Assembly (NCBI GenBank): GCA_051276005.1
Contig: JBNMOZ010000001.1
Location: 1 to 39,487 of the forward strand
Length of the DNA stretch: 39,487 nucleotides
Source of the DNA: Bradymonadia bacterium
Lineage (GTDB): Bacteria > Myxococcota_A > Bradymonadia > UBA7976 > UBA1532
Reading direction: 5' to 3'
Shown here: positions 15,900-25,271 of the stretch, piece by piece
Layout: the number at the start of each line of letters is the position of its first letter
How positions within the stretch are numbered: position 1 is the first letter of the stretch
The notes under the pieces: generated by a model
The model's database searches: none
Seen by the model: only the letters and a program-made list of their open reading frames with translations
Told to the model about the DNA's origin: nothing
Made by a program: the position numbers and the translations under genes

Positions 15900-16787
15900 A
15901 TGGCACGGCAGATCATCGATCGCGCTCTGCTCTCTCGCTTGTCTGGCCTCACTTTGACGGCCCGGCAGGTGGTGGAGGGGGTGCTCACCGGCATGCACAA
16001 GAGCCCGCATCAGGGGTCGAGTGTCGAGTTCGCGCAGCATCGCGAATATGCGCCCGGTGATGAGATCCGGCATATCGACTGGAAGGCCTACGGGCGCTCA
16101 GATCGCTACGTCGTCAAACAGTACGAAGACGAGACGAACCTGCGGTCGTACATGCTCGTCGACCTGTCGGGCTCTATGGACTACCGCGGCGCCGACGACC
16201 GCGTCACCAAGCTGGAGTATGCCGCGCAGATGGCCGCCGGGCTCGCGTGGCTGATGCTGCGGCAGGGCGACGCGGCCGGGCTGATGACGTTCGGCGACAA
16301 GGTCGGGCAGTACCTGCCGCCAAGGGCGCGCGCGGATCATTTCTGGCGCATGACGAAGGTGCTCGAAGACACCCCGGTCGGCGGCGAGACCAACGTGACC
16401 GGCGCGTTGGAGCGCGTCGCCGAGTTGGCTGGGCGGCGCAGCATCATCATGCTCTTCAGCGATTGCTTCGACTTCAGCGGGCGCGTCGCGGCGGTGGCTC
16501 GGCAACTGCGTCGGCGCAAGCATCGAGTGGTCGTCTTCCAGGTCCTCGATCGCGCCGAGGTCGACTTCCCCTTTGAAGACCTGACGCTCTTCGAAAACCT
16601 CGAAAACACTGAGCAACAGGTGCTCGCCGATCCGCGTGGGATGCGTGAGCAATACTTGGTCGAGATGCGCGACTTCTGCGAGACGCTGCGGCGTGATCTG
16701 CTCGATGGCGACGTGGCCTACCACCGCCTGATGACCGACGAGCCGATTGAAAAGGCGCTGCTGCGCATCGTGCAGGGGTCGCTGTGA
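15900..16787 (+). CDS. DUF58 domain protein (vWA-like, MoxR partner)
   Basis: G.H.SPH.GSSVEFA.HREY.PGDEIR.IDWKAYGRSDRY.VK.YE.ETN....MLVD.SGSM is the DUF58 signature. The internal ATG at 15900 is chosen because the track ORF start (15675) overlaps moxR. Confidence 0.85.
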   Translation: MARQIIDRALLSRLSGLTLTARQVVEGVLTGMHKSPHQGSSVEFAQHREYAPGDEIRHIDWKAYGRSDRYVVKQYEDETNLRSYMLVDLSGSMDYRGADDRVTKLEYAAQMAAGLAWLMLRQGDAAGLMTFGDKVGQYLPPRARADHFWRMTKVLEDTPVGGETNVTGALERVAELAGRRSIIMLFSDCFDFSGRVAAVARQLRRRKHRVVVFQVLDRAEVDFPFEDLTLFENLENTEQQVLADPRGMREQYLVEMRDFCETLRRDLLDGDVAYHRLMTDEPIEKALLRIVQGSL

Positions 16788-16806
16788 TTACCGATCGGAC
16801 TGCGCC

Positions 16807-18936
16807 TTGAACTTTCTCTCCCCCGCGCTGCTGGTCGGTCTGCTGGCGGCGGCGATCCCGCCGATCATCCACCTGATCTTCCGGCGTAAGCCCAAGCGGG
16901 TGCGGTTCCCGGCGCTGGAGTTCATTCGGCGGTCGAACAAGAAGACCATGCGCCGGTTCCGCATGCGGCAGATTTTGCTGATGCTCGTGCGCAGCGTGCT
17001 GCTCGGGCTGCTGGCCTTTTCGCTCGCGCGGCCCTTCTTGCGCTCCGACGCGGCGCCGGCCGCTGCGATCGATGGCGCGACGCGGGGCACATTGGTCTTC
17101 GTGGTCGACGCGTCGTACCCGATGGCTTACCAACTGGGCGATACACGGCTGATCGATCTCGCCCGCTTTCAGGTGACCAACCTGCTCGACCAGTTCAACG
17201 GGCAGGCCGCGATCGTCATCGCCGGCGACCGTGTCGAGGTGCCGGTGGGCGAGCCCACGCGGGACTATGTGGCGATCCGCCGGGCCGTCGAGGACTTAGA
17301 GCCGGGCCACCGGGTCGGCACGCTCTCGCAGGCCGTCACGCGCGCATACGACTTGGCCGACGAAGCCCCCCCGGGTACGCGGCGGGTGGTGGTGCTGACG
17401 TCGGCCGCAGGCGCCGCGAGCGGATTGCCGCCACCGCCCCCAGCGACTCAAGGCGACGGCATCGAGCTGCTGCCCATCGATGTGGCCGGCGGCAAGCCCG
17501 TGCCCAACCACGCTGTGCTCGACGTGCGCCTCAAGCCTGCGCCCAGTCTAGGCGCGGGCCAATGGCGCATCGATGCGCGCATCGCCAACTTCAGCGACAA
17601 GGCCATCGCGCGCCTGCCGCTCGCGCTCGAAGTCGGCGGTCGCGTCGCGGTGCGGGGCTTCCTGGATTTGCCTGCGGGCGCCGAAGCGACCAAGACCTTC
17701 TTCACCCGGCTCGACGCCAAAGAGGCGACCCCGGCCGCGATCGTCATCGAGGGCGACGCGCTGGCGATCGACGATACGCGGCGCTTCTGGCTGCAGCCGG
17801 CCCCCAAAATTCGGGTGCTCGCGGTCAACGGCGATCCGCGCCCAACCCCCTACGACGATGAGCTGTTCTACTTCGAGCGCGCGGTCGCCCCGAACACAGC
17901 GGCGGGCGCGCGGGTGGAGTTGAGCATCAGCGGTCCGGGCGACTTGGGCGAGCAGGATTTGTCGAAGTTCGACGTGGTCGTGCTCGCGAACCTGCGTGAG
18001 ATCACCCCGGTCATGGGCCAGAAGATCGAAGCGTTCGTGCGGGCTGGCGGCGGCCTGTTCGTGGCGATGGGCGATGGCGTACAGCCCGCGGTGATGAACG
18101 CCGCGCTGGGTCCCATCCTTCCGCGGACGTTGAGAGATCGACGCGTGGCGGGCGACGCGGCGGCCGTCAAAGAGGGCGGCGATCGGCGCCACGCGACGCT
18201 GTCGAACTTCGACCGCGCGCACCCGCTGCTCAAGCCCTTCGCCGATCCGGGGCGCACGCTGGGTCGGGCGCGGATCGACACGTATATGCTGCTCGATCCG
18301 GCGGCCGATGCGGCGGGCGCGGTGGTGATGACCGTCGATGATGGCGCGCCATACCTGCTGACGCGGACGGTGGGGCGCGGCCGGGTGGCGCTCATCACCG
18401 GCACCTTGGATCGCGACTGGAGCGACCTGCCGATTCGGCCGGGGTTCTTGCCGTTGATCCAGCAGACTTTGCGCTACCTGACCCGGGTCGCCGAGATCGA
18501 CACCGCGCCGGTCCTGGTGGGTCGGCCCGCGCCCATCCCCGTCGAGGATCCGCGGGTCAAGCGCGTGCGCGTCACGACCCCTGAAGGGGCGCTGCACACG
18601 GTCGAGCGGCCCACCGATCCCGCGGCTGCGTGGGTGTTCGAGAAGACCGACAAGCCCGGCCACTACGGCGTCAAGCCCGATCCGCCTTTGCCCGGCCTGG
18701 TCGCATTGCCCGGCTTCTCAGTCGCGGTCGATCCTGCAGGCGCCGATCTGCGCGGGCCGGCAGTGCAAGCGCCCAAGGACGCCGAGGATGAGGCTGTGCG
18801 CGTCGCCCTCGCGGGTCAGACGACGACCGAGCTTTGGCACGCCGCGCTGTTCGGGTTGTTCTTGTTGCTGCTTGCCGAGGGCGGGCTGTTGTTCCGCCGC
18901 CGACGGACCGAGTCGAGCCTGACGCCCGACGCTTGA
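16807..18936 (+). CDS. BatA_N (aerotolerance regulator N-terminal) domain membrane protein with a degenerate vWA-like region
   Basis: The N-terminus (M)NFLSPALLVGLLAAAIPPIIHLIFRRKPKRVRFPALEFIRRS is the BatA_N pattern. VFVVDASYPM resembles a degenerate MIDAS. There is a C-terminal TM (LWHAALFGLFLLLLAEGGLLF). The TTG start at 16807 is preferred; ATG 16747 would overlap DUF58 by 41 nt. Confidence 0.7.
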   Translation: MNFLSPALLVGLLAAAIPPIIHLIFRRKPKRVRFPALEFIRRSNKKTMRRFRMRQILLMLVRSVLLGLLAFSLARPFLRSDAAPAAAIDGATRGTLVFVVDASYPMAYQLGDTRLIDLARFQVTNLLDQFNGQAAIVIAGDRVEVPVGEPTRDYVAIRRAVEDLEPGHRVGTLSQAVTRAYDLADEAPPGTRRVVVLTSAAGAASGLPPPPPATQGDGIELLPIDVAGGKPVPNHAVLDVRLKPAPSLGAGQWRIDARIANFSDKAIARLPLALEVGGRVAVRGFLDLPAGAEATKTFFTRLDAKEATPAAIVIEGDALAIDDTRRFWLQPAPKIRVLAVNGDPRPTPYDDELFYFERAVAPNTAAGARVELSISGPGDLGEQDLSKFDVVVLANLREITPVMGQKIEAFVRAGGGLFVAMGDGVQPAVMNAALGPILPRTLRDRRVAGDAAAVKEGGDRRHATLSNFDRAHPLLKPFADPGRTLGRARIDTYMLLDPAADAAGAVVMTVDDGAPYLLTRTVGRGRVALITGTLDRDWSDLPIRPGFLPLIQQTLRYLTRVAEIDTAPVLVGRPAPIPVEDPRVKRVRVTTPEGALHTVERPTDPAAAWVFEKTDKPGHYGVKPDPPLPGLVALPGFSVAVDPAGADLRGPAVQAPKDAEDEAVRVALAGQTTTELWHAALFGLFLLLLAEGGLLFRRRRTESSLTPDA

Positions 18937-18958
18937 GCGCTTGGGCCGACCCTCGACG

Positions 18959-19885
18959 CTATTGATAGATGAGCGCGTCGAGATCTTCAGGCCACGGCGC
19001 GGTGAAGCACCGCTCGGTGCCGCGCCAATCTACCTTGATTTCAATCGCATGCAGCGCGTGTCGGCTGTGTCCCAGGCGGGCGAGATCGTCCGGTGTGATG
19101 CCGTCTTCGATATGCCGCAAGAAGATCTGCTCGTCTGGACCATAGAGCTTGTCGCCCACGATCGGATGTCCCGCCATGGCCAGATGCACCCGGATTTGAT
19201 GCTGGCGTCCCGAGATGGGTATGGCCTCGACCAGGGCGCGTCGACCGCCGCGTTGCAGCACCCGAAAGCGCGTCTCAGCTGCCTTGTCGCCGAGGCCGAT
19301 CTTGATGCGCACGGCGCTGTCGGTCGCAAAGCCCAGGGGCGTATCGCTGGTCCAGGCGTCGGGCGGTTGGCCCTCGACCACGGCGTGATAGCGCTTTGAT
19401 ACCCGTCGCTCGGCGAAGGCGGTCTTGAGTGACCGCACCGCCATGGCATGCCGTGCACAGAGTAAGACGCCCGACGTCTCGACGTCCAAGCGATGAATGG
19501 GCTCGGGGCGCGGCGGGCCGGGCAGGGTCTGCTCAATCCAATGCGTCACAGTGCGCACATACCGGCTCGCCGTCGGGTGCACTGCCAGATCGGGCGGCTT
19601 GTCGAGCACGAGCAGGTCGTCATCAGCGAAGAGGATCGCGGGCTCAGACGGCGTCGCGTCTGCATCGGGCAGCGGTCGCCGCACGAAGAGGCGCATGCCC
19701 GCGCGCAGCATGCTGCTCTTCTTGAGCTGTCGATCGGGATCGTCGAGATCGATGGCGATCAGTTGTGCGGCGCGGGTGCGCGACAGGCGCTCGATGCGGG
19801 TGCTCAAGAAGATGTCGAGGCGCCAGCCCGCGCAGCCTGGATCGACTTCGAGGGTCCACCCGGCGCCGGATGGCAGGGTGGGCAT
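18959..19885 (-). CDS. RluA family pseudouridine synthase (RluD-like, with N-terminal S4 domain)
   Basis: S4-like RLD.FLS.R...LSR.....LI, then L.LDKP..L.VHP, HRLD..TSG.LL.A (catalytic Asp), and GR.HQIR.HLA..GHPI.GD..YG. Confidence 0.85.
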   Translation of the reverse strand: MPTLPSGAGWTLEVDPGCAGWRLDIFLSTRIERLSRTRAAQLIAIDLDDPDRQLKKSSMLRAGMRLFVRRPLPDADATPSEPAILFADDDLLVLDKPPDLAVHPTASRYVRTVTHWIEQTLPGPPRPEPIHRLDVETSGVLLCARHAMAVRSLKTAFAERRVSKRYHAVVEGQPPDAWTSDTPLGFATDSAVRIKIGLGDKAAETRFRVLQRGGRRALVEAIPISGRQHQIRVHLAMAGHPIVGDKLYGPDEQIFLRHIEDGITPDDLARLGHSRHALHAIEIKVDWRGTERCFTAPWPEDLDALIYQ

Positions 19886-19891
19886 GATGGG

Positions 19892-20857
19892 TTATCGCGT
19901 CGTGATCTTGACGGTGAGCTTGCCGTTGCTGACTTCGGACGAAGCGACCGGCACATAGGCCTTGGCGGCCTTGCCCGACGCCTTGGTGATCTTCACGCGC
20001 GCGCCAGCCAGAGGGGCGCCGTTCTTGAACAGCTGTCCGCGATCGCCCTTCTTCACGCCGGGGGTGCTGAAGCTGATGACGATGGTCACCGACTCGCCAT
20101 TGGCGCCCGGCAAGACGCGGGTCACACGCCCGCTGTAGGTGCGTCCAGCGCTCTTGACGGTGATGGCCGGTGGGTCGTCAATCTGCGGAGAGACAGGCGG
20201 GTCGACCGGGGGAGCGACGGAAGGTGCGGTCTTCTTCTTCCTCTTGCAGCCCTTGCCCGACCGCACATACCCACGCTTGCAGACGCAGCGACCGCGGCGA
20301 GAGCGCATGCCGGACGGGCAGTTGAGCCGGGTCGGTCGCGCGACCGGCTGTGCGTCGGGCTCCGGCTCAGGATCGGGCTGGCGAATCGGCACCACGGTCT
20401 GCGGCTTGGCCGACGGCGCCAATGAGATGCGCGCGCCCAGGCTGTAGACCGACTTGCCGTCCTTGGTGAAGACCTTGATGTAGAACTTGTTGGGCACCTT
20501 CACGACGTCTTGGTCGAACACGTATGACGTCGTGTTGGGCACAACCAGGCGTCGGTCGAGGCGCTTGCCGAACTCATCGAAGATGGAGACGTAGGCGCCT
20601 TCGAGCTTTTCGGGGTTGTCGAAGCCGACTGACAGCCGCAGGCCGCCTGGATCGATGACGTCCAGATAGGTCCAGTCGGTGTTGTCGCCTTCGCCGCCGT
20701 CGATGGCGTCGGTGCGGGTCATGTCGAGAAACAGGCCGGTGGCCTGATCGCGCACTTCATCGCCGTCACTGTTGTCGTCGAGTTGGGTCGAGACGCCACC
20801 GCAACCGGCGAGCATCCAAAGCAGCATCCAAAGCGGCATGCGCAGGGCGCGGGTCAT
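19892..20857 (-). CDS. Lipoprotein, paralog A: PPC-like beta-domain, Cys/Lys-rich linker, C-terminal beta-domain
   Basis: Lipobox WMLAG/C. GEGDNTDWTYLDV..PGGLRLSVGF...L.GAYVSIFDEFG..L resembles a pre-peptidase C-terminal (PPC) domain. Linker CPSGMRSRRGRCVCKRGYVRSGKGCKRKKK. The internal ATG at 20857 is chosen over the track start at 21007. Confidence 0.65.
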   Translation of the reverse strand: MTRALRMPLWMLLWMLAGCGGVSTQLDDNSDGDEVRDQATGLFLDMTRTDAIDGGEGDNTDWTYLDVIDPGGLRLSVGFDNPEKLEGAYVSIFDEFGKRLDRRLVVPNTTSYVFDQDVVKVPNKFYIKVFTKDGKSVYSLGARISLAPSAKPQTVVPIRQPDPEPEPDAQPVARPTRLNCPSGMRSRRGRCVCKRGYVRSGKGCKRKKKTAPSVAPPVDPPVSPQIDDPPAITVKSAGRTYSGRVTRVLPGANGESVTIVISFSTPGVKKGDRGQLFKNGAPLAGARVKITKASGKAAKAYVPVASSEVSNGKLTVKITTR

Positions 20858-20868
20858 CAACGGCTCCC

Positions 20869-21807
20869 TCACTGAATCTGGATTTTGACCCGCCGGCGAT
20901 CGGCGATCTCGTTGGGCCGTGAGGTGGTGTACGCCTTGGTCGCGCTCGCCCCAACCTCTTTGATTATGATCGTCGCGAAGCAGGCGCCACTCGCCTTGAG
21001 AATGCAACCCTTGGCGCCGCGAATGACGCCATGCTTGCTGCCGCGATTCAAGGTCAAGAAGGCGCCCTTCTTGCGCGGCCCCGACAGCACGCGGACGATG
21101 CTCGCCCCGACCGTCTTGCCGCTGATTGCCGAGCCGCCACCGCCGCCGCCACCAGTGCCGCTTCCACGCTTGGGTCGACGCGCGCCGCCCCCACTGCCGC
21201 CTCGGCGAGACGTCCGGCCTCCGCCACGGCGTGCGCCGCCGCCGCTCACCGGGTCGGGGCGGATGTCGTCTGGGATGCCTTCATCGAGGATGTCACCCCC
21301 TGCGGCGGCAACCGGTCGGTCGTCGTCGGTGGGTTCGAAGTCGAAGGGCGTGAAGATGCCCTCGATGGTGTAGACGCTGTCGCCCTTTTTGGTGTTCAGC
21401 CGAATGAAGTGAGTGCCGGCCTCGACCCGCAGGTCGATCTGGTCCTTCTCGACCTCAGCCGAGTGTCGGCGCGAGTCGAGCAGCGCGCCGAAGCGGTCGC
21501 GGATGTCGATGATCGACTGCACATCCTTATGGTCGTCCCAGAAGATCGTGAGCTTCAAGAAGCCCTTCTCCTGAACTTTGAAGAACAACCAATCGGTGTT
21601 GTCGCCCTCGGAAGCCGACAGGAAGTCGTCTTTGAGCTTGTCAAAGAAGAGCTGCTGGGCGCCGGCGCGCTCGAAATCTTTGCCCGACGCGGAGTCCGGC
21701 TTGATCTGGGTCGAGCCGCAGCCGGTCAACGCGCTCAGCGCGAGCCCGAGGCAGGCGAGGAGGCCGATCGGCGAAGGTCGCCACAGGGCATTGACGCGCG
21801 TCCACAT
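20869..21807 (-). CDS. Lipoprotein, paralog B: PPC-like beta-domain, Gly/Arg-rich linker, C-terminal beta-domain
   Basis: Lipobox ALTG/C. SEGDNTDWLFFKV.EKGFLKLTIFW....V.SIIDIRDRFG.LL aligns with paralog A. Linker GGGARRGGGRTSRRGGSGGGARRPKRGSGTGGGGGGGS. GGAGG lies 10 nt upstream of the ATG at 21807. Confidence 0.65.
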   Translation of the reverse strand: MWTRVNALWRPSPIGLLACLGLALSALTGCGSTQIKPDSASGKDFERAGAQQLFFDKLKDDFLSASEGDNTDWLFFKVQEKGFLKLTIFWDDHKDVQSIIDIRDRFGALLDSRRHSAEVEKDQIDLRVEAGTHFIRLNTKKGDSVYTIEGIFTPFDFEPTDDDRPVAAAGGDILDEGIPDDIRPDPVSGGGARRGGGRTSRRGGSGGGARRPKRGSGTGGGGGGGSAISGKTVGASIVRVLSGPRKKGAFLTLNRGSKHGVIRGAKGCILKASGACFATIIIKEVGASATKAYTTSRPNEIADRRRVKIQIQ

Positions 21808-22013
21808 GATTCGATTGCCTCCTACACCGGGGCCAGCCACATGGCAGGCCGGGTCTTGACGGCCTAGCATCGCCGATTCGCGTACGTCAAGCCAAGGGGC
21901 TGAGAGGAGCGGGCGTAGGGTCGCGACAGATACTGCGCGATTTTGCATTGCCGAGCCATGGCTGTTGTTGGCATGCTACCGCGGCTCTTCGGGATCCGTC
22001 TAAACGAGGCAAC

Positions 22014-22637
22014 TTGGCCAAGCACCGCATCTTCCGGCATACCTCGGAGTCGCTCGCGACGCTCCTCGAGGACGGAGTCAAAGATGTCGTCGGGCGAAGC
22101 ATCTTGGTTGTCACCGGGCCGCCTCTGCGCGAAAAGTTCACGCGCATGCCGGCGCTCGGCGTCTATTTGTATCGGGTTGGCTTCCGCAAGAAGCTGCGTG
22201 AAGAGAGCGCGACCGAGTTTCACCGCATCGACGCGAAGGGCACGATCACCAAATGGCATCAGGATCCGTCGGTTCTGATGGACCTCGACTACTTGGTGAC
22301 TGCCTGGGCAGACGAGGATGCCGAGCAACAAGAACTGCTTGGTGCGGCGATGCGGGTTTTGCTGGCGAATCCGGTCATGGAAGGCGACAGTCTCGAAGGC
22401 GACGCCTTCGATCCTGACACTCGTATCCCGATTCGTCCGGTCGAAGAACTGTCTGTCGAGTTTCTCATGTCCCTCTGGCGCGGATTCGGGGAGCACCTCC
22501 GACCCGCCATGGGCTACACGTGCAGGGTTCGTTTGGAGTCGCCGCGCCGGACTGGCTTGGCGCGGCGGATCGATGACGCAAACGTTGGGGTCAAGTGGGC
22601 CCCAGACAAGCGACGCCCGGAAGAAGCGACGGGTTAA
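22014..22637 (+). CDS. DUF4255 (Pvc16/Afp16 N-terminal-like) protein, putative CIS tail terminator/cap
   Basis: LDLDYLVTAWADEDAEQQELLGAAMRVLLANPV, ...LSVEFLMSLWRGFGEHLRPAMGYTCRVRL matches the DUF4255 pattern (l.l.YLitaw.....e.e..lLg.vl..l...p.l .... lW.al.....psl.Y.v.v). TTG 22014 (GAGG 4 nt upstream) is preferred over the track ATG at 21948, because it leaves a 206-nt divergent intergenic region. The start is uncertain. Confidence 0.7.
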   Translation: MAKHRIFRHTSESLATLLEDGVKDVVGRSILVVTGPPLREKFTRMPALGVYLYRVGFRKKLREESATEFHRIDAKGTITKWHQDPSVLMDLDYLVTAWADEDAEQQELLGAAMRVLLANPVMEGDSLEGDAFDPDTRIPIRPVEELSVEFLMSLWRGFGEHLRPAMGYTCRVRLESPRRTGLARRIDDANVGVKWAPDKRRPEEATG

Positions 22638-22649
22638 AGAGGATGATGC

Positions 22650-23789
<1,140 letters not shown>

Positions 23790-23838
23790 TGTAGCGCCGT
23801 TTGAACTGGGATGGCCGCGGGGCCGCTGAGGAGAGAAT

Positions 23839-24318
23839 ATGTCTTTTACCGATATGCGGCGTGGTCATGACCACGTTGGTAACTACAACTTCAAAATCGA
23901 GGTCGATGGCATCTCATCGGGCTCGTTCAAATCCGTTGACGGCCTGAGCGCGAAGGTTGCGGTCATCGACTATCAGGACGGTCATGACTTGGTGGCGCGC
24001 AAGCGTCCGGGTCGTACGTCATATGGCGACATCACGCTCAAGCGTGGGTACGTCGAGGATCAGAGCCTCTACAAGTGGTTCATGGCCGTCGCCGAGGGCA
24101 AGGTTCAGCGCAAGAGCGTCTCGATCATCTTGCTCAACAACAACGGTGATGAGGTCGTGCGCTACAACCTCTTCGAGGCGTGGCCCAGTGAGTGGAAGGG
24201 CTTCTCCCTCGACGGCAAGGCCGACGACACCTCTGTCGAGGAGATCGTCTTCTGCGTTGAGAAGTGGGAGCGCGTCACCGGTGAGGCGTTCAGCACGCGG
24301 ACCGGCGTCGTTCGCTGA
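23839..24318 (+). CDS. Contractile tail tube protein (T4 gp19 / Afp1-like, 159 aa)
   Basis: NYNFKIEVDGISSGSFKSVDGLSAKV.VIDYQDG........PGRTSYGDITLKRG...D.SLYKW......G...RKSVSIILLN..GDEV.RYNLFEAWPS.W is the conserved tube family pattern. RBS GAGGAGAG. Confidence 0.88.
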   Translation: MSFTDMRRGHDHVGNYNFKIEVDGISSGSFKSVDGLSAKVAVIDYQDGHDLVARKRPGRTSYGDITLKRGYVEDQSLYKWFMAVAEGKVQRKSVSIILLNNNGDEVVRYNLFEAWPSEWKGFSLDGKADDTSVEEIVFCVEKWERVTGEAFSTRTGVVR

Positions 24319-24607
24319 TCAGCGCTTTGCGTTGATTTTGCCTGGACGTCGAAGCAGCCCTTCGCTGTCTTGACGTTCAATCAGTTGCTGACGGCAGACC
24401 GCCTCTGGTTCGCCGCAGCTTCGCGACGGCGTCTCGCCTTCAGGTGCGACGCCGTTTCGCGTTTCGCCAAGGCTTTGCGTCTCGGCCGACATAGCGGCTC
24501 AACTGGTCTGGGCATCGACTGCTTCTGGGTTCTGACCCGGATCTGCGTCGAGCCCCATGCTCGCGATTCGCTCTTGGCATCAACCCCCTACGCAGAATGC
24601 GGTTTAG

Positions 24608-24979
24608 ATGGCGTTCCAGACCGAGTTCAATTTCACCTTGCCCAAGGGCTTCGTCGATCAGCGCGGCAACGTGCATCGCGAAGGCATCATGCGGCTCGCC
24701 ACGGCGAAGGACGAAATCTCGCCGCTGCAGGATTACCGGGTGCAGCGCAACCGCGCCTACCTGGTGATCATTCTGTTGTCGCGCGTCGTCACCAAACTGG
24801 GCGGGGTCGAGAGCATCAACCCGTCGGTCATCGAGCAACTCTTCTCGTCTGACCTTGCGTATTTGCAGGAGTTCTACCGCCGGGTGAACGAAGAGGGTTC
24901 GGCAAGCATCAAGGCCACGTGCCCGGCTTGCCAGCACGAGTTCGAGATCGACATGGGGTCAGGCGTGGGGGAATCGTAA
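24608..24979 (+). CDS. Tail assembly chaperone-like protein (P2 gpE / Mu gp41-like pattern) with a C-terminal CxxC
   Basis: It sits after the tube gene. F.LPKGFVDQRGNVHREGIMRLATAKDEI.......V..N.AYLVIILLSRVVTKLGGVESINPSVIEQLFSSDLAYLQEFY resembles the phage TAC pattern (one ligand-like repeat, L...D...L...F). It ends ...CPACQHEFEIDMGSGVGES. There is no clear SD sequence. Confidence 0.5.
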   Translation: MAFQTEFNFTLPKGFVDQRGNVHREGIMRLATAKDEISPLQDYRVQRNRAYLVIILLSRVVTKLGGVESINPSVIEQLFSSDLAYLQEFYRRVNEEGSASIKATCPACQHEFEIDMGSGVGES

Positions 24980-25137
24980 GCTACCCTCTGGAGAGAATCT
25001 TCCAGGAGGTAGCGTACATTGCCTATCATTTCCATTGGTCGCTCGACTCGGTGCTCGACATGGAGCATCGCGAGCGCCAACTCTGGATTCGTGAGATCTC
25101 GAAGATAAACTCCGAGATCAACGACTCCCGACGGTAG
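24919..25137 (+). CDS. Small conserved CIS-locus protein (DUF6760-like as I recall it), or the -1 frameshift extension of the preceding chaperone
   Basis: The core YPLERIFQEVAYIAYHFHWSLDSVLDMEHRERQLWIREISKINSEIN looks like a real folded helical protein. The only canonical start is GTG 24919, 61 nt inside the upstream gene in its -1 frame. No start codon lies close to the conserved core. Confidence 0.45.
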   Translation: MPGLPARVRDRHGVRRGGIVSYPLERIFQEVAYIAYHFHWSLDSVLDMEHRERQLWIREISKINSEINDSRR

Positions 25138-25271
25138 TCGAGGCGGCGTTCATCTTCGCCTCTCGAGACTGAGCGGTCAGGCCGGCGGCCCGATCCCACA
25201 AGGACGCCCACGTCGGATGGGCAAGCCGGCTCGACGCGACTGGTCGTCGCGGGCGAGCGCGGAGAGCGTCC

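Noticed and set aside
13967-15906. Minus-strand ORFs 13967..14884 (305 aa) and 14881..15906 (341 aa)
   Set aside because: They are antisense to the HExxH-TPR gene and to MoxR, whose Walker motifs are unambiguous.
17548-18663. 371-aa minus-strand ORF
   Set aside because: It is antisense to the BatA_N gene and its translation is Arg/Gly/Asp-rich. It is a shadow ORF.
19493-21867. Plus-strand ORFs 19493..20425 (310 aa) and 21031..21867 (278 aa)
   Set aside because: They are antisense to rluD-like and the two lipoprotein genes, which have lipoboxes, an SD sequence and paralogous domains. The plus-strand translations are Arg/Ala-rich.
21959-21973. Sigma-54-like TGGC-N6-TGGCA upstream of the CIS operon
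   Set aside because: The GG-to-GC spacing is 11 nt rather than the strictly required 12. The second possible register (TGGCAT at 21969) is also off by one. No other -24/-12 match was found.
24370-24852. 160-aa ORF starting with TTG in the tube/chaperone gap
   Set aside because: Its second half is out of frame over the chaperone-like gene. Its first half is Cys/Trp/Arg-rich, with third-position GC of about 68% by hand count, which is no higher than background. The gap is kept as an unexplained-gap finding, not as a CDS.
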